From Edaphobacter aggregans (GTDB lineage Bacteria > Acidobacteriota > Terriglobia > Terriglobales > Acidobacteriaceae): a stretch of 32,000 nt of DNA. Below are positions 9,696 to 17,468 of the stretch, piece after piece. The notes under the pieces were generated by a model. That model saw only the letters and a program-made list of their open reading frames with translations, was not told the origin of the DNA and did not search any database. The number at the start of each line of letters is the position of its first letter. Position 1 is the first letter of the stretch. A program made the position numbers and the translations under genes. The stretch spans positions 1,650,001-1,682,000 of the forward strand of contig NZ_RSDW01000001.1 of the NCBI RefSeq assembly GCF_003945235.1, written 5' to 3'.

Positions 9696-10478
9696 ATGAA
9701 CGTGACGAAGAGCATGAAAACTGCTGGTTTGGTGGTATTAGTTCTGGCGTTGGTGGCAGGTGGTGCAGTTCGGGCTCGAGCGCAGGCAAGTGGTTCGAGT
9801 GATGCGCAGATTCAAGCTGATGTGGCCAAAGCACTAGACAATAAAAAATTCGCAAATGTGAAGGCTGCTGTGCAGAACGGAGTGGTGACGTTGACCGGTA
9901 CGGTGGACATCTACGCCGACAAGGAAGATGCGGACAACAGAGCGCATCATCGCAAAAATGTAAAGGGGGTTCAGAACCTGATTGAGGTGGCGGGACCTAC
10001 GGTCGACGATGTAACGCTGCGAGACAAGCTTGCGGAAAAATTGATCTACGATCGCGTGGGGTATGGTGGGACGATAGCGTTCAACTCGTTTACGATCGGG
10101 GTGCTGAACGGTGTGGTGACGCTGGGTGGAACAGCATATGGGCCTCCGGACAAGGATTCAGCGGTGAGTCTCGTGTCGCACTATCCCGGGGTGAAGGATG
10201 TGGTCGACAACATTGAGGTGGCTCCGGTGTCGCCTATGGATGACAGGATTCGTCTGGCCGAGGCTCGGGCCATCTATGGGGCTCCGCAGTTGAACAAGTA
10301 CGCGATCGATCCGGCAAAGCCAATCCGGATTACTGTGGTCAATGGCAACGTGACGCTTACGGGCGTCGTGGACAGCCAAGCCGATAAGGATGTTGCGAAT
10401 ATCAAGGCCAACGGCGTTTCGGGCGTGTTCAAGGTAGTCAATAATCTGCAAGTGGCTGGAGAGTCGAAAGAAAAGTAA
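9696..10478 (+). CDS. Periplasmic protein with three BON domains (OsmY-like)
   Basis: Signal peptide MNVTKSMKTAGLVVLVLALVAGGAVRARAQ. Three repeats match the BON pattern: ..VQNGVVTLTGTVD...VKGVQNLIEV, ..VLNGVVTLGGTAY...VKDVVDNIEV and ..VVNGNVTLTGVVD...VFKVVNNLQV. The ORF opens at a GTG at 9681. The ATG at 9696 has the best spacing to GAGGAG (9683-9688). Confidence 0.8.
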   Translation: MNVTKSMKTAGLVVLVLALVAGGAVRARAQASGSSDAQIQADVAKALDNKKFANVKAAVQNGVVTLTGTVDIYADKEDADNRAHHRKNVKGVQNLIEVAGPTVDDVTLRDKLAEKLIYDRVGYGGTIAFNSFTIGVLNGVVTLGGTAYGPPDKDSAVSLVSHYPGVKDVVDNIEVAPVSPMDDRIRLAEARAIYGAPQLNKYAIDPAKPIRITVVNGNVTLTGVVDSQADKDVANIKANGVSGVFKVVNNLQVAGESKEK

Positions 10479-10500
10479 TCACGTTTATTTTGGGATAATG

Positions 10501-10536
10501 GGCCACGCTGAATGCCAGCGTGGCCTCGACTCTTTT
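10501..10536 (+). terminator. Stem-loop ending the bamA-to-BON transcription unit
   Basis: Perfect 9 bp stem ggccacgct (10501-10509) / agcgtggcc (10517-10525) with a 7 nt loop, followed by tcgactctttt. The U-tract is displaced, so its strength is moderate. Confidence 0.5.
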
Positions 10537-10547
10537 ACGATGAAGAT

Positions 10548-11414
10548 ATGGGATCGTTGTGGAAGAGTACGGCGGTGACGCTGGAGATGATCAGGTGGGA
10601 GCACTCGGTGTTTGCGCTACCGTTTGCTCTGACTGGTGCTGTGCTGGCTGCGGGGGGATGGCCTCCCGTGCGGGTGCTGGGGTGGATTGTGGTGTGCATG
10701 GTGGCGGCCCGGTCGGCGGCGATGGCCTTCAACCGGCTGGCGGATGCGAGGCTGGATGCGGCTAATCCGCGGACGGCAATGCGTGCGTTGCCTGCGGGGA
10801 CACTGACGAGTGGGTTTGTGGGTGGCTTTGTGTTGGTGTCGATGGTGGTGTTTGTGGCTGGGGCGGCGATGCTGAATCCGCTGACGTTGAAGCTAGCTCC
10901 GGTGGCTTTGGCTGTGGTGCTGGCTTACAGCTATATGAAGCGGGTGACGCGTTGGTCGCATCTGGTGCTGGGGCTGGCGCTGGGGATTGCTCCTTCGGCT
11001 GCGTGGATTGCGGTGCGAGGAACGCTGGATGTCCGGATTATTGTGCTGACGGTGGCGGTGCTGCTTTGGGTGGGTGGCTTCGATGTGCTGTATGCATGTC
11101 AGGACTTTGAACATGATCGTAAGGTGGGGTTGAACAGCGTACCGCAGGCGTTTGGCGTCCAAGCGGCGTTCTGGATTGCGCGTGCCATGCATGTGGGGAT
11201 GCTGGCGTTATTGTGCTGGCTGGTCGTGTTGTTTGGATTGGGCAAGGTGGCGATTGTAGGTGTAGTGTTGGTGGCTTTGCTGTTGCTCTACGAACATCTG
11301 ATTATTTCCCCGCAGGACATGCGGCGGATGAATGCGGCCTTTTTTACGCTGAATGGTGTGATCTCGGTGGTGTTTTTTGGGTTTGTTGCGGTGGATGTTT
11401 TGATGCATCGATAA
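10548..11414 (+). CDS. UbiA-family aromatic prenyltransferase (4-hydroxybenzoate polyprenyltransferase-like; possibly a menaquinone-pathway MqnP type)
   Basis: Polytopic membrane protein with NRLADARLDAANPRT (NxxxDxxxD) and a second Asp-rich motif YACQDFEHD. The ORF opens at 10512, but that ATG lies in the loop of the upstream terminator, so I prefer the ATG at 10548 (MGSLWKS). Confidence 0.75.
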   Translation: MGSLWKSTAVTLEMIRWEHSVFALPFALTGAVLAAGGWPPVRVLGWIVVCMVAARSAAMAFNRLADARLDAANPRTAMRALPAGTLTSGFVGGFVLVSMVVFVAGAAMLNPLTLKLAPVALAVVLAYSYMKRVTRWSHLVLGLALGIAPSAAWIAVRGTLDVRIIVLTVAVLLWVGGFDVLYACQDFEHDRKVGLNSVPQAFGVQAAFWIARAMHVGMLALLCWLVVLFGLGKVAIVGVVLVALLLLYEHLIISPQDMRRMNAAFFTLNGVISVVFFGFVAVDVLMHR

Positions 11415-11440
11415 AAAAGGCCCGCTGGAGCGGGCCTTTT
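11413..11440. terminator. Bidirectional rho-independent terminator between convergent genes
   Basis: aaaaaa-ggcccgc-tgga-gcgggcc-tttt. This is a 7 bp GC stem with a 4 nt loop, flanked by an A-tract and a T-tract. It lies between the UbiA stop (11414) and the csbD-like stop (11460). Confidence 0.85.
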
Positions 11441-11459
11441 GAGCGGATGAAGCCAATAG

Positions 11460-11825
11460 TTAGCTGCGGCGGGTGTTTTCGCGCTCAGCCTGTTGGTCGT
11501 GCTTGATGTGATCCAGCTTTTCGTCGATACGCTCCTTGGCGTTGTGCGCTGCGGTTGTGATCTTCTCGCGGAGGTCGTGCGCTTTTTCTTCCGCGCGTTG
11601 CGAGAAAGATTCGCTCTTGACATCAGCCTGGGCGCGGACGTTTTCATTTGCCGCATTGGCGGTGTCTTTGACCTTGCCCCAGGTTTCTTTGGCGGCGCCC
11701 TTGATTTGATCGGCAACACCGGCATTAGCCAGGTTCTGATTGCCGGTTGCTTCGCCGATTTTTTCTTTGACCTTACCTGCGACCTGATCGAATTTGCCTG
11801 AGACGGTTTCTTTGTTCAATGTCAT
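11460..11825 (-). CDS. CsbD-family general stress protein with a helical C-terminal extension
   Basis: The sequence MTLNKETVSGKFDQVAGKVKEKIGEATGNQNLANAGVADQIKGAAKETWGKVKD matches the CsbD pattern (G.....G..KE..G...). Confidence 0.8.
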   Translation of the reverse strand: MTLNKETVSGKFDQVAGKVKEKIGEATGNQNLANAGVADQIKGAAKETWGKVKDTANAANENVRAQADVKSESFSQRAEEKAHDLREKITTAAHNAKERIDEKLDHIKHDQQAERENTRRS

Positions 11826-11896
11826 TGCGTACTCCGTTGCTTCGGGTTGGTTAGGGGAGGGCTGTGGTTACGCTGCCAGTTTGCGAACGAGCTTGG

Positions 11897-12046
11897 TTAA
11901 AGAGCCCGTCTCCCGGACAGCAGGTTGAAGATGAGGACAATGATGGCGAGAACCAGAAGAATATGGATCCAGCCGCCAAGAGTGTAGCTGCTAACTAATC
12001 CTACGACCCAGAGAATGAAAAGAATGATGGTGATTGTCCATAGCAT
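11897..12046 (-). CDS. lmo0937-family small membrane protein (49 aa)
   Basis: MLWTITIILFILWVVGLVSSYTLGGWIHILLVLAIIVLIFNLLSGRRAL. The ATG at 12046 is preceded by AGGAGA with correct spacing. The 111 aa version in the track (to 12232) lacks support. Confidence 0.7.
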   Translation of the reverse strand: MLWTITIILFILWVVGLVSSYTLGGWIHILLVLAIIVLIFNLLSGRRAL

Positions 12047-12202
12047 GGTATTGGTCTCCTGAAATTGCCCGGCTCTATGCTTAGCCGTTGGCGAGGACGT
12101 TATCTGCCCGTAGCCTTCCTGTTGTAAGGTGCCGAGTCGACAGGTCAGGTTGCCAGTGTGTGTGAAATGGGTTTGCGAGATTCCGCATAAAATAGGGGGA
12201 TC

Positions 12203-13042
12203 ATGGGGAATTCGTTGAAGATAGCGATTCAAGGGGAGTTAGGGTCGAACAGCCATATGGCGACGATGGCGATGCTAGGCAACGAAAATGGCCTGGGGAT
12301 CATCGCGTGCAATGTTTCGGCCGAGGTGGTGGCGAGGGTGGTCGCTGGCGATGTCGATGGCGCGGTGCTGCCGATTGAGAACAGCCTGCATGGGTCGGTC
12401 GCCGAGCACTACGATCTGCTGCTTGAAGAGCCGCTGCGGATCGATGGCGAGAGCCAGATGCGGATTCGGCACAACGTGATTGCGATGCCTGGAGTGAAGT
12501 TGGCGGATGTACAACGGGTGATGTCGCATCCGGTTGCGTTGTCGCAGTGCAGGAAGTTTCTGGCGGCGCATCCTGAGTTTGAGGTGGCCCCGTTCTATGA
12601 CACGGCGGGCAGCGTGAAGCATGTGATGGAGGCGGTGCTGCGCGACGTTGCGGGGATCGCTCCGGAGCTGGCTGCGCGGCAGTATGGTGCGGAGGTACTG
12701 CTGGCCGGCGTTGAGGACCACGCGCTGAACTTCACCCGGTTTCATCTGATTCGCAGGGAGGATGCGCCGAGGGTGGCGGGGGACGTGGACAAGGTTAGTC
12801 TGGCGTTTGCTGTGGAGCATCGGCCGGGAACGCTCGTGGCTGCTCTGGAGCGGTTGGCTGACGCGGGCGTGAACCTGACGAAGATCGAGTCGCGGCCGGT
12901 GCCGGGGAGTCCCTGGGAGTATGTGTTTTATGTCGATGTGCGGTTTGACTCGCGGGAACGAGCCGAGGCAGCTATTGGGGCTCTGGGCGCACATTGCCGG
13001 ATGGTGAAGGTGCTGGGGTGGTATCGGGCGGCTTCGGTCTAA
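12203..13042 (+). CDS. pheA: Prephenate dehydratase (monofunctional, PDT + ACT domains)
   Basis: IAIQGELGSNSH at the N-terminus, the TRF motif (NFTRFHLI), and an ACT domain with IESRPVPGSPWEYVFYVDV. Confidence 0.9.
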   Translation: MGNSLKIAIQGELGSNSHMATMAMLGNENGLGIIACNVSAEVVARVVAGDVDGAVLPIENSLHGSVAEHYDLLLEEPLRIDGESQMRIRHNVIAMPGVKLADVQRVMSHPVALSQCRKFLAAHPEFEVAPFYDTAGSVKHVMEAVLRDVAGIAPELAARQYGAEVLLAGVEDHALNFTRFHLIRREDAPRVAGDVDKVSLAFAVEHRPGTLVAALERLADAGVNLTKIESRPVPGSPWEYVFYVDVRFDSRERAEAAIGALGAHCRMVKVLGWYRAASV

Positions 13043-13046
13043 GAGG

Positions 13047-13097
13047 CAACCACGGATCTTCACGGCGCGGATCAAAGGCCGGTGCGACTGCGGATTT
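13047..13097 (+). repeat. Copies of the CGACYRCGGAT-core dispersed repeat, directly after the pheA stop
   Basis: caaccacggatc (13047-13058), cacggcgcggatcaaagg (13061-13078) and gcgactgcggattt (13084-13097). The last differs at one base from gcgaccgcggattt at 16083-16096. Confidence 0.7.
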
Positions 13098-13134
13098 CAA
13101 AGATCGAATGCGGTTTGCCTTTTGGGCGCCCCTA

Positions 13135-13165
13135 CCCCATGGGGATACTTTAAGGTATAAAGTAT
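13135..13165. repeat. Adjacent perfect palindromes in an AT-rich spacer
   Basis: ccccatgggg (13135-13144). Next to it is atacttta-aggta-taaagtat, with 8 bp arms at 13145-13152 and 13158-13165. A further 12 bp palindrome cgttttaaaacg lies at 13239-13250. Confidence 0.8.
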
Positions 13166-13251
13166 TCAATTTACGATAGATAAGTCTGGACTTCCTGTTG
13201 CCTGAAGTACTCCTTTGTTTGGTTGTCGTTCAAGGTCTCGTTTTAAAACGA

Positions 13252-13279
13252 AAGCCCCAGCGATTGCCGGGGCTTCTTT
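13252..13279. terminator. Stem-loop with flanking T/A runs (possible bidirectional terminator or sRNA 3' end)
   Basis: aagcccc (13252-13258) pairs with ggggctt (13269-13275). It is preceded by ttttaaaacga and followed by cttta. It sits 210 nt downstream of the pheA stop. Confidence 0.45.
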
Positions 13280-13402
13280 AGTCTCTATAACCAGTATAGC
13301 GGTCGGGGTGAAATTACCAGGCAACGACTATCTCATTTATTTACTTTAAGATAAGCGGTTTTTGGGGCTTGACAGGCAAAAAACAATGGGACGAGCAAAG
13401 CC

Positions 13403-13439
13403 AAAAGCAGATTCCTCCGCTGCGCTATGGAATGACAAC
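13403..13439 (+). repeat. Single unit of the 'AAAGCAG-hairpin-GATGACAA' repeat family
   Basis: aaaagcag-ATTCC-tccgctgcgctat-GGAAT-gacaac. It has the same syntax as the units at 16346-16415 and 17469-17494, and it shares ctccgctgcgc with 17548-17558. Confidence 0.7.
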
Positions 13440-13635
13440 GAGACAGGCGGAATCGGATAGACGTGGGTGCCGTTTACGGGTCGAGTTGGCGGTTCTTTGG
13501 AAGTAGGCGTAGGATGCCGGATACGGAATTGGGTGAAGACGTGTGGGTCGTGGCCGATGACAGAAAGGTGACGACTTGCGACCAGATGCGGACTTAGTGC
13601 ATCGAATGGTAGATAATCTGATAGAGGGACACTCA

Positions 13636-16074
13636 ATGGCTAACGATTTTGTAAGTGTGATTCACCCGAAGGCAGCGAAAAACGGCGAAGAGGGCGGTGG
13701 GAAACGTCCGATTCCTGTGCTGCCGGTGCGGGACACGGTCCTGTTTCCTCATGCCGTGCTGCCTCTGACAGTTGGGCGGGAGAGTTCGATTCAGTTGATC
13801 CAGTCGCTGGGTGAGGAGAAGACGATCCTTGTGGTGGCGCAGAGGGATGCGCGTCAGGATTCTCCGCAGGCTACGGACTTGTTTGCGATCGGCACACTAG
13901 CGACGGTGCATAAGGTCGTTAAGATGCCGAATCAGAGCCTGTTTGTGTTTACGGAAGGCAATGAGCGCGTTCGGCTGGGCGAGTTTCCGCAGCTTACTCC
14001 GTTTATGACGGCAGAGAGTGAGACGATCGAGGAGATTGAGCCGCAGAAGACGCCGGAGGCCGAGGCGTTGCAGCGGAATGTGGTGAGCCAGTTCCAGCAG
14101 ATTGTGACATCGTCGCCGACGCTGTCGGATGATCTGCAGACGATTGCGATCAATATCGAAGAGCCAGGACGGTTGGCGGACTTTATTGCGGCTTCGCTGC
14201 CGTTTTTGACGACTGCTGATAAGCAGGAGTTGCTGGAGACGCCGGATGTTTCGGCGCGTCTGGAGCGCATCAACAAGCACCTGGCGAAGGAGCTTGAGGT
14301 GCAGCAGTTGCGGAACAAGATTCAGACGGAGGTGCAGGACTCGGTGCAGTCGTCGCAGCGGGACTACTATCTGCGCGAGCAGTTGAAGGCGATCCAGAAG
14401 GAGCTGGGCGATGTGGACGATACCCAGAAGGACATCGCTGAGCTGAAGGAAAAAATTGAAAACGCGGGGATGCCGGAAGAGGTTAAGAAGGATTCGCTGA
14501 AAGAACTTGGGCGCCTGAGCCGGATGAATCCGATGGCGGCTGATTACGGCCTGACACGGAATTATGTAGAGTGGCTGTCTGTGCTGCCGTGGGGGAAGAC
14601 CTCGTCGAGCGAAGTGGATATTTTGAAGGCCAAGGAGATTTTGGACGAAGACCACTATGGCTTGAAGAAGGTGAAGGACCGCATTCTGGATTATCTGTCG
14701 GTGCGGCGTTTGAAGCCGGATATGAAGGGGCCGATTCTTTGCTTTGTCGGACCTCCGGGCGTGGGTAAGACCTCGCTGGGGCGGTCGATTGCGCGGGCGC
14801 TGGATCGGAAGTTTTCGAGGATCTCGCTGGGCGGTATGCATGATGAGGCGGAGATTCGCGGGCATCGCCGGACATATATAGGCGCGTTGCCGGGGCAGAT
14901 TATTCAGCACCTGAAGAGGGTTGAGGTGAAGGACCCGGTGTTCATGCTGGATGAGATCGACAAGCTGGGCCGCGATTTCAGGGGCGATCCTGCGAGTGCG
15001 CTGCTGGAGACGCTGGATCCGGAGCAGAACAATACGTTCCGGGACAACTATCTGGATCAGCCGTTCGATTTGAGCAAGGTGCTGTTTATCTGCACGGCGA
15101 ACCAGCTGGATACGATTCCGGGGCCCTTGCTCGATCGTATGGAGATCATTGAGCTGACGGGTTATACGGAGGAGGAGAAGGCGAATATTGCTGTGAAATA
15201 TCTGATTCCGCGGCAGACGAAGGAGAATGGCATTACTGCGGAGAATATCGAGTTCCCGATTGAGAGCGTGCGGCTGGTTGCGCGGCACTATACGCGTGAG
15301 GCTGGTGTACGCAAGCTCGAGCAGCAGATTGGGACGATCTGCAGGAAGGTTGCGCGGCGGATTGCCGAGGGCCATTCGGAAAAGCTGGTGATTACTCCGG
15401 AGATCGTGCACGAGTTCCTTGGTGGTATCAAGGTGCGCGTGGATACGGAGATTGCTGAGCGGACCAAGCGTGCGGGCGTGGCGGTTGGACTGGCGTGGAC
15501 TCCGGCGGGCGGCGATGTGTTGTTCATCGAAGCGAACCGGATGAAGGGCAAGGGCAGCTTCACGATCACCGGGCAGATCGGCGATGTGATGAAGGAGAGC
15601 ATGCAGGCGGCGCTGACCTGGGTCAGGTCGAATGCGGCTTCGCTGGGTGTGGATGAGGACTTTTTGAAGGACTCGGATCTGCATATTCACGTGCCTGCGG
15701 GAGCGATTCCTAAGGATGGGCCTTCGGCTGGTGTGACCATGGCTACGGCTCTGGTGAGCTTGCTGACGGATACTCCGGTGCATCCGCTGACGGCGATGAC
15801 GGGCGAGATTACGCTGAGTGGCAATGTGCTGCCGGTTGGCGGAATCAAGGAGAAGTTCCTTGCGGCGAAGCGGGCCGGCGTGCGGGATGTGATTCTGCCG
15901 ACGGACTGCAAACAGCAGGTGGATGAAGACCTTACAGCCGATCAGGTTGAGGGGGTGCGGATCCACTATGCCAGCAGGATTGAGGATGTGCTGGCGGTGA
16001 CGCTGCCGAAGACTCCTACGGAGAAGGTGCATGACGAGGAGATTCGGGAAGAGGTCATTCACGCTTCGGTGTAA
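13636..16074 (+). CDS. lon: ATP-dependent Lon protease (endopeptidase La)
   Basis: LON N-domain ([23 protein letters not shown]), Walker [10 protein letters not shown], and the protease motif [18 protein letters not shown]. The ATG at 13636 is preferred because AGAGGGA lies 6 nt upstream; the ORF opens at 13576. Confidence 0.95.
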   Translation: MANDFVSVIHPKAAKNGEEGGGKRPIPVLPVRDTVLFPHAVLPLTVGRESSIQLIQSLGEEKTILVVAQRDARQDSPQATDLFAIGTLATVHKVVKMPNQSLFVFTEGNERVRLGEFPQLTPFMTAESETIEEIEPQKTPEAEALQRNVVSQFQQIVTSSPTLSDDLQTIAINIEEPGRLADFIAASLPFLTTADKQELLETPDVSARLERINKHLAKELEVQQLRNKIQTEVQDSVQSSQRDYYLREQLKAIQKELGDVDDTQKDIAELKEKIENAGMPEEVKKDSLKELGRLSRMNPMAADYGLTRNYVEWLSVLPWGKTSSSEVDILKAKEILDEDHYGLKKVKDRILDYLSVRRLKPDMKGPILCFVGPPGVGKTSLGRSIARALDRKFSRISLGGMHDEAEIRGHRRTYIGALPGQIIQHLKRVEVKDPVFMLDEIDKLGRDFRGDPASALLETLDPEQNNTFRDNYLDQPFDLSKVLFICTANQLDTIPGPLLDRMEIIELTGYTEEEKANIAVKYLIPRQTKENGITAENIEFPIESVRLVARHYTREAGVRKLEQQIGTICRKVARRIAEGHSEKLVITPEIVHEFLGGIKVRVDTEIAERTKRAGVAVGLAWTPAGGDVLFIEANRMKGKGSFTITGQIGDVMKESMQAALTWVRSNAASLGVDEDFLKDSDLHIHVPAGAIPKDGPSAGVTMATALVSLLTDTPVHPLTAMTGEITLSGNVLPVGGIKEKFLAAKRAGVRDVILPTDCKQQVDEDLTADQVEGVRIHYASRIEDVLAVTLPKTPTEKVHDEEIREEVIHASV

Positions 16075-16082
16075 GTGATTTG

Positions 16083-16096
16083 CGACCGCGGATTTT
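16083..16096 (+). repeat. CGACYRCGGAT-core repeat copy directly after the lon stop
   Basis: gcgaccgcggattt matches 13084-13097 at 13 of 14 positions. The context ..ttcacggaaagcggattgaag resembles 13098-13113. Confidence 0.65.
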
Positions 16097-16120
16097 CACG
16101 GAAAGCGGATTGAAGAAGGG

Positions 16121-16163
16121 CGGTTTGGCGATTGCCAGGCCGCTCTTTTTGTTTGTTTTTTTG
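16121..16163 (+). terminator. lon rho-independent terminator
   Basis: gcggtttggc-gatt-gccaggccgc forms a 10 bp stem that includes two G-U pairs. It is followed by tctttttgtttgttttttt. Confidence 0.8.
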
Positions 16164-16320
16164 TTGTGGTGGAGGGTGCATCTTTATTGGGGTTTTGAGA
16201 AAAGTGTGTGGTGAATGTGGTTGGTTTTGTGGTCAGGTTGTGGAGGAAAGTGTGGCTAGTGTGGTTTGTTGATGGTTGTGTTTTTGGAGTTGGGAAATCG
16301 GCAGTTTTTCGAACTATTTT
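16145..16320 (+). other. G+T-rich, C-depleted tract
   Basis: About 175 nt containing only about ten C residues by hand count (..gtggttggttttgtggtcaggttgtggaggaaagtgtggctagtgtggtttgttgatggttgtgttttt..). An A/C/G-rich, T-poor 'gcaa' tract follows immediately. Confidence 0.8.
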
Positions 16321-16345
16321 TGAGGGTGATCTGCGGCAAAGGCAA

Positions 16346-16508
16346 AAGCAGGTCCCTGCGGGGATGACAAGCAAGAAAGGCAACAGCAAAAGCAGATCCC
16401 TACGGGATGACAACCAAAAACTTGCAACAGCAAATGCAACAGCAACGGCAAAACAAATGCGGGGGTTCTTCCCCGTTCGACTCCGCTCAGGGTCGGAATG
16501 ACAATTGT
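16346..16508 (+). repeat. Composite intergenic repeat, copy A ('AAAGCAG-hairpin-GATGACAA' family)
   Basis: The first unit is aaaagcagGTCCCtgcgGGGAtgacaag (16346-16371). The second is aaagcagATCCCtacGGGATgacaac (16390-16415). A gcaa-rich spacer follows. Next comes agcaacggcaaaacaaatgcggggg (16443-16466), then a hairpin, then ..ggaatgacaattg (16497-16508). Confidence 0.85.
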
Positions 16509-16531
16509 GAGGGTGACGCGGGGGAAGGAGT

Positions 16532-17068
16532 TTGGCGGGGATGATGACGATTGGGCACTCGACGTTGGAGATTGGGGTGTTTTTGCGGGCGCTGGAGGAG
16601 AATGGGTGCCGGGTGTTGGTGGATGTTAGGCGGTTTCCGGGGTCGCGGCGGTATCCATGGTTTGGGCAGGCGGCTTTGTTTGGGGCACTGGCGGAGGTGG
16701 GGATTCGTGGGGTTTGGCGGGAGGGGTTGGGTGGGAGGCGGGCGGCTCGGATGGATAGCGTGAATCTGGGGTGGAGAAATGAGAGCTTCCGGGGGTATGC
16801 GGATTACATGCAGACTCCGGAGTTTGCAGAGGAGATCGATTGGCTGGTGGGGTTGCCGGAGGTCGATGCTGCGGTGGTGATGTGTGCGGAGGCGGTGCCT
16901 TGGCGGTGTCATCGGTCGTTGATTGGGGATGCGGTGCTGGCTCGTGGGGTGGAGGTGGAGGACATCTTTGTGGATAAGGATGGACGGAGTTCGCGGCGGC
17001 CGCATGTGATGACGGAGTTCGCTCGGGTGGAGAGTGGGAGGGTTTGGTATCCGGGTTTGTTTTCGTGA
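16532..17068 (+). CDS. DUF488 domain-containing protein
   Basis: MMTIGHSTLEIGVFLRALEENGCRVLVDVRRFPGSRRYPWF...VVMCAEAVPWRCHRSLI matches the DUF488 pattern (IGHS..., DVR..P.S, C.E....CHR). Confidence 0.75.
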   Translation: MAGMMTIGHSTLEIGVFLRALEENGCRVLVDVRRFPGSRRYPWFGQAALFGALAEVGIRGVWREGLGGRRAARMDSVNLGWRNESFRGYADYMQTPEFAEEIDWLVGLPEVDAAVVMCAEAVPWRCHRSLIGDAVLARGVEVEDIFVDKDGRSSRRPHVMTEFARVESGRVWYPGLFS

Positions 17069-17118
17069 TGTTTGGGGAGGTGGGGAGTCAAACAAGTTGG
17101 GTCGGGTATGCTGTCTGG

Positions 17119-17358
17119 ATGCGTGTGCGGGTGCTTTATTTTGGGATTTTAAAGGACGTCTTTGGTTGTGCGGGTTCAGATGTCCTGCTTGCGGAAGGAG
17201 CTTCTGTGGCGGATTTGCTGCGGGCTGTTCGTGGGCCAGAGGATTTTTGGGATTCGATTGCTGTGGCTGTGAATCAGGAGTATGCCAAGGCGGAGGATTT
17301 GCTGAAGGAAGGGGATGAGGTGGCTTTGTTGCCTCCGGTTAGTGGCGGGTTTGGATAG
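17119..17358 (+). CDS. moaD: MoaD/ThiS-family sulfur-carrier protein (molybdopterin synthase small subunit) ending ..PPVSGG-FG
   Basis: The ATG at 17119 gives MRVRVLYFGILKDVFG...EGDEVALLPPVSGGFG*. This has beta-grasp length (79 aa) and the canonical LPPVSGG, followed by two extra residues before TAG (17356-17358). Confidence 0.8.
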   Translation: MRVRVLYFGILKDVFGCAGSDVLLAEGASVADLLRAVRGPEDFWDSIAVAVNQEYAKAEDLLKEGDEVALLPPVSGGFG

Positions 17359-17371
17359 GAAGGCTTACCCC

Positions 17372-17390
17372 AGGGGCTAAAGCCCCTTTT
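17372..17390 (+). terminator. Terminator-like hairpin just after moaD
   Basis: aggggc-taaa-gcccct followed by ttt, beginning 14 nt after the moaD stop. Confidence 0.5.
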
Positions 17391-17407
17391 CCGAGGAGGT
17401 GACAGTA

Positions 17408-17429
17408 CCCCAAGGCTGAAGCCTTGGGG
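17408..17429. repeat. Perfect 9 bp hairpin (REP-like)
   Basis: ccccaaggc-tgaa-gccttgggg. The loop and stem style (..ctaaag.. or ..ctgaag..) is shared with the hairpins at 17372-17387 and 25317-25340. Confidence 0.75.
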
Positions 17430-17468
17430 CACTTAGAAGCAAGGACAGGCAAAAGGAACGACAAAAGC

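Noticed and set aside
10512-10547. Upstream ATG (10512) as the UbiA start
   Set aside because: That ATG sits in the loop of the 9 bp terminator hairpin (10501-10525), and it adds a non-hydrophobic 12 aa leader. The ATG at 10548 is preferred.
13897-16062. 721 aa ORF antisense to lon
   Set aside because: It lies entirely inside the unambiguous lon CDS. Its composition is R/H/L/Q/P-heavy and low in complexity, with no motifs. It is a typical shadow ORF of a G+C-rich, strand-biased gene.
16346-16415. Possible CRISPR array (repeated hairpin units with spacers)
   Set aside because: There are only two adjacent units, about 26 nt each and non-identical, separated by 18 nt of low-complexity sequence. 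The same unit recurs singly elsewhere, and there are no cas genes. The pattern fits REP/MITE-like repeats, not CRISPR.
16470-16500. tRNA-like T-loop strings (gttcgactcc at 16476-16485; also ggttcgaatt at 22872-22881)
   Set aside because: No complementary T-stem, acceptor stem or anticodon arm can be drawn around either string. The second lies inside a CDS.
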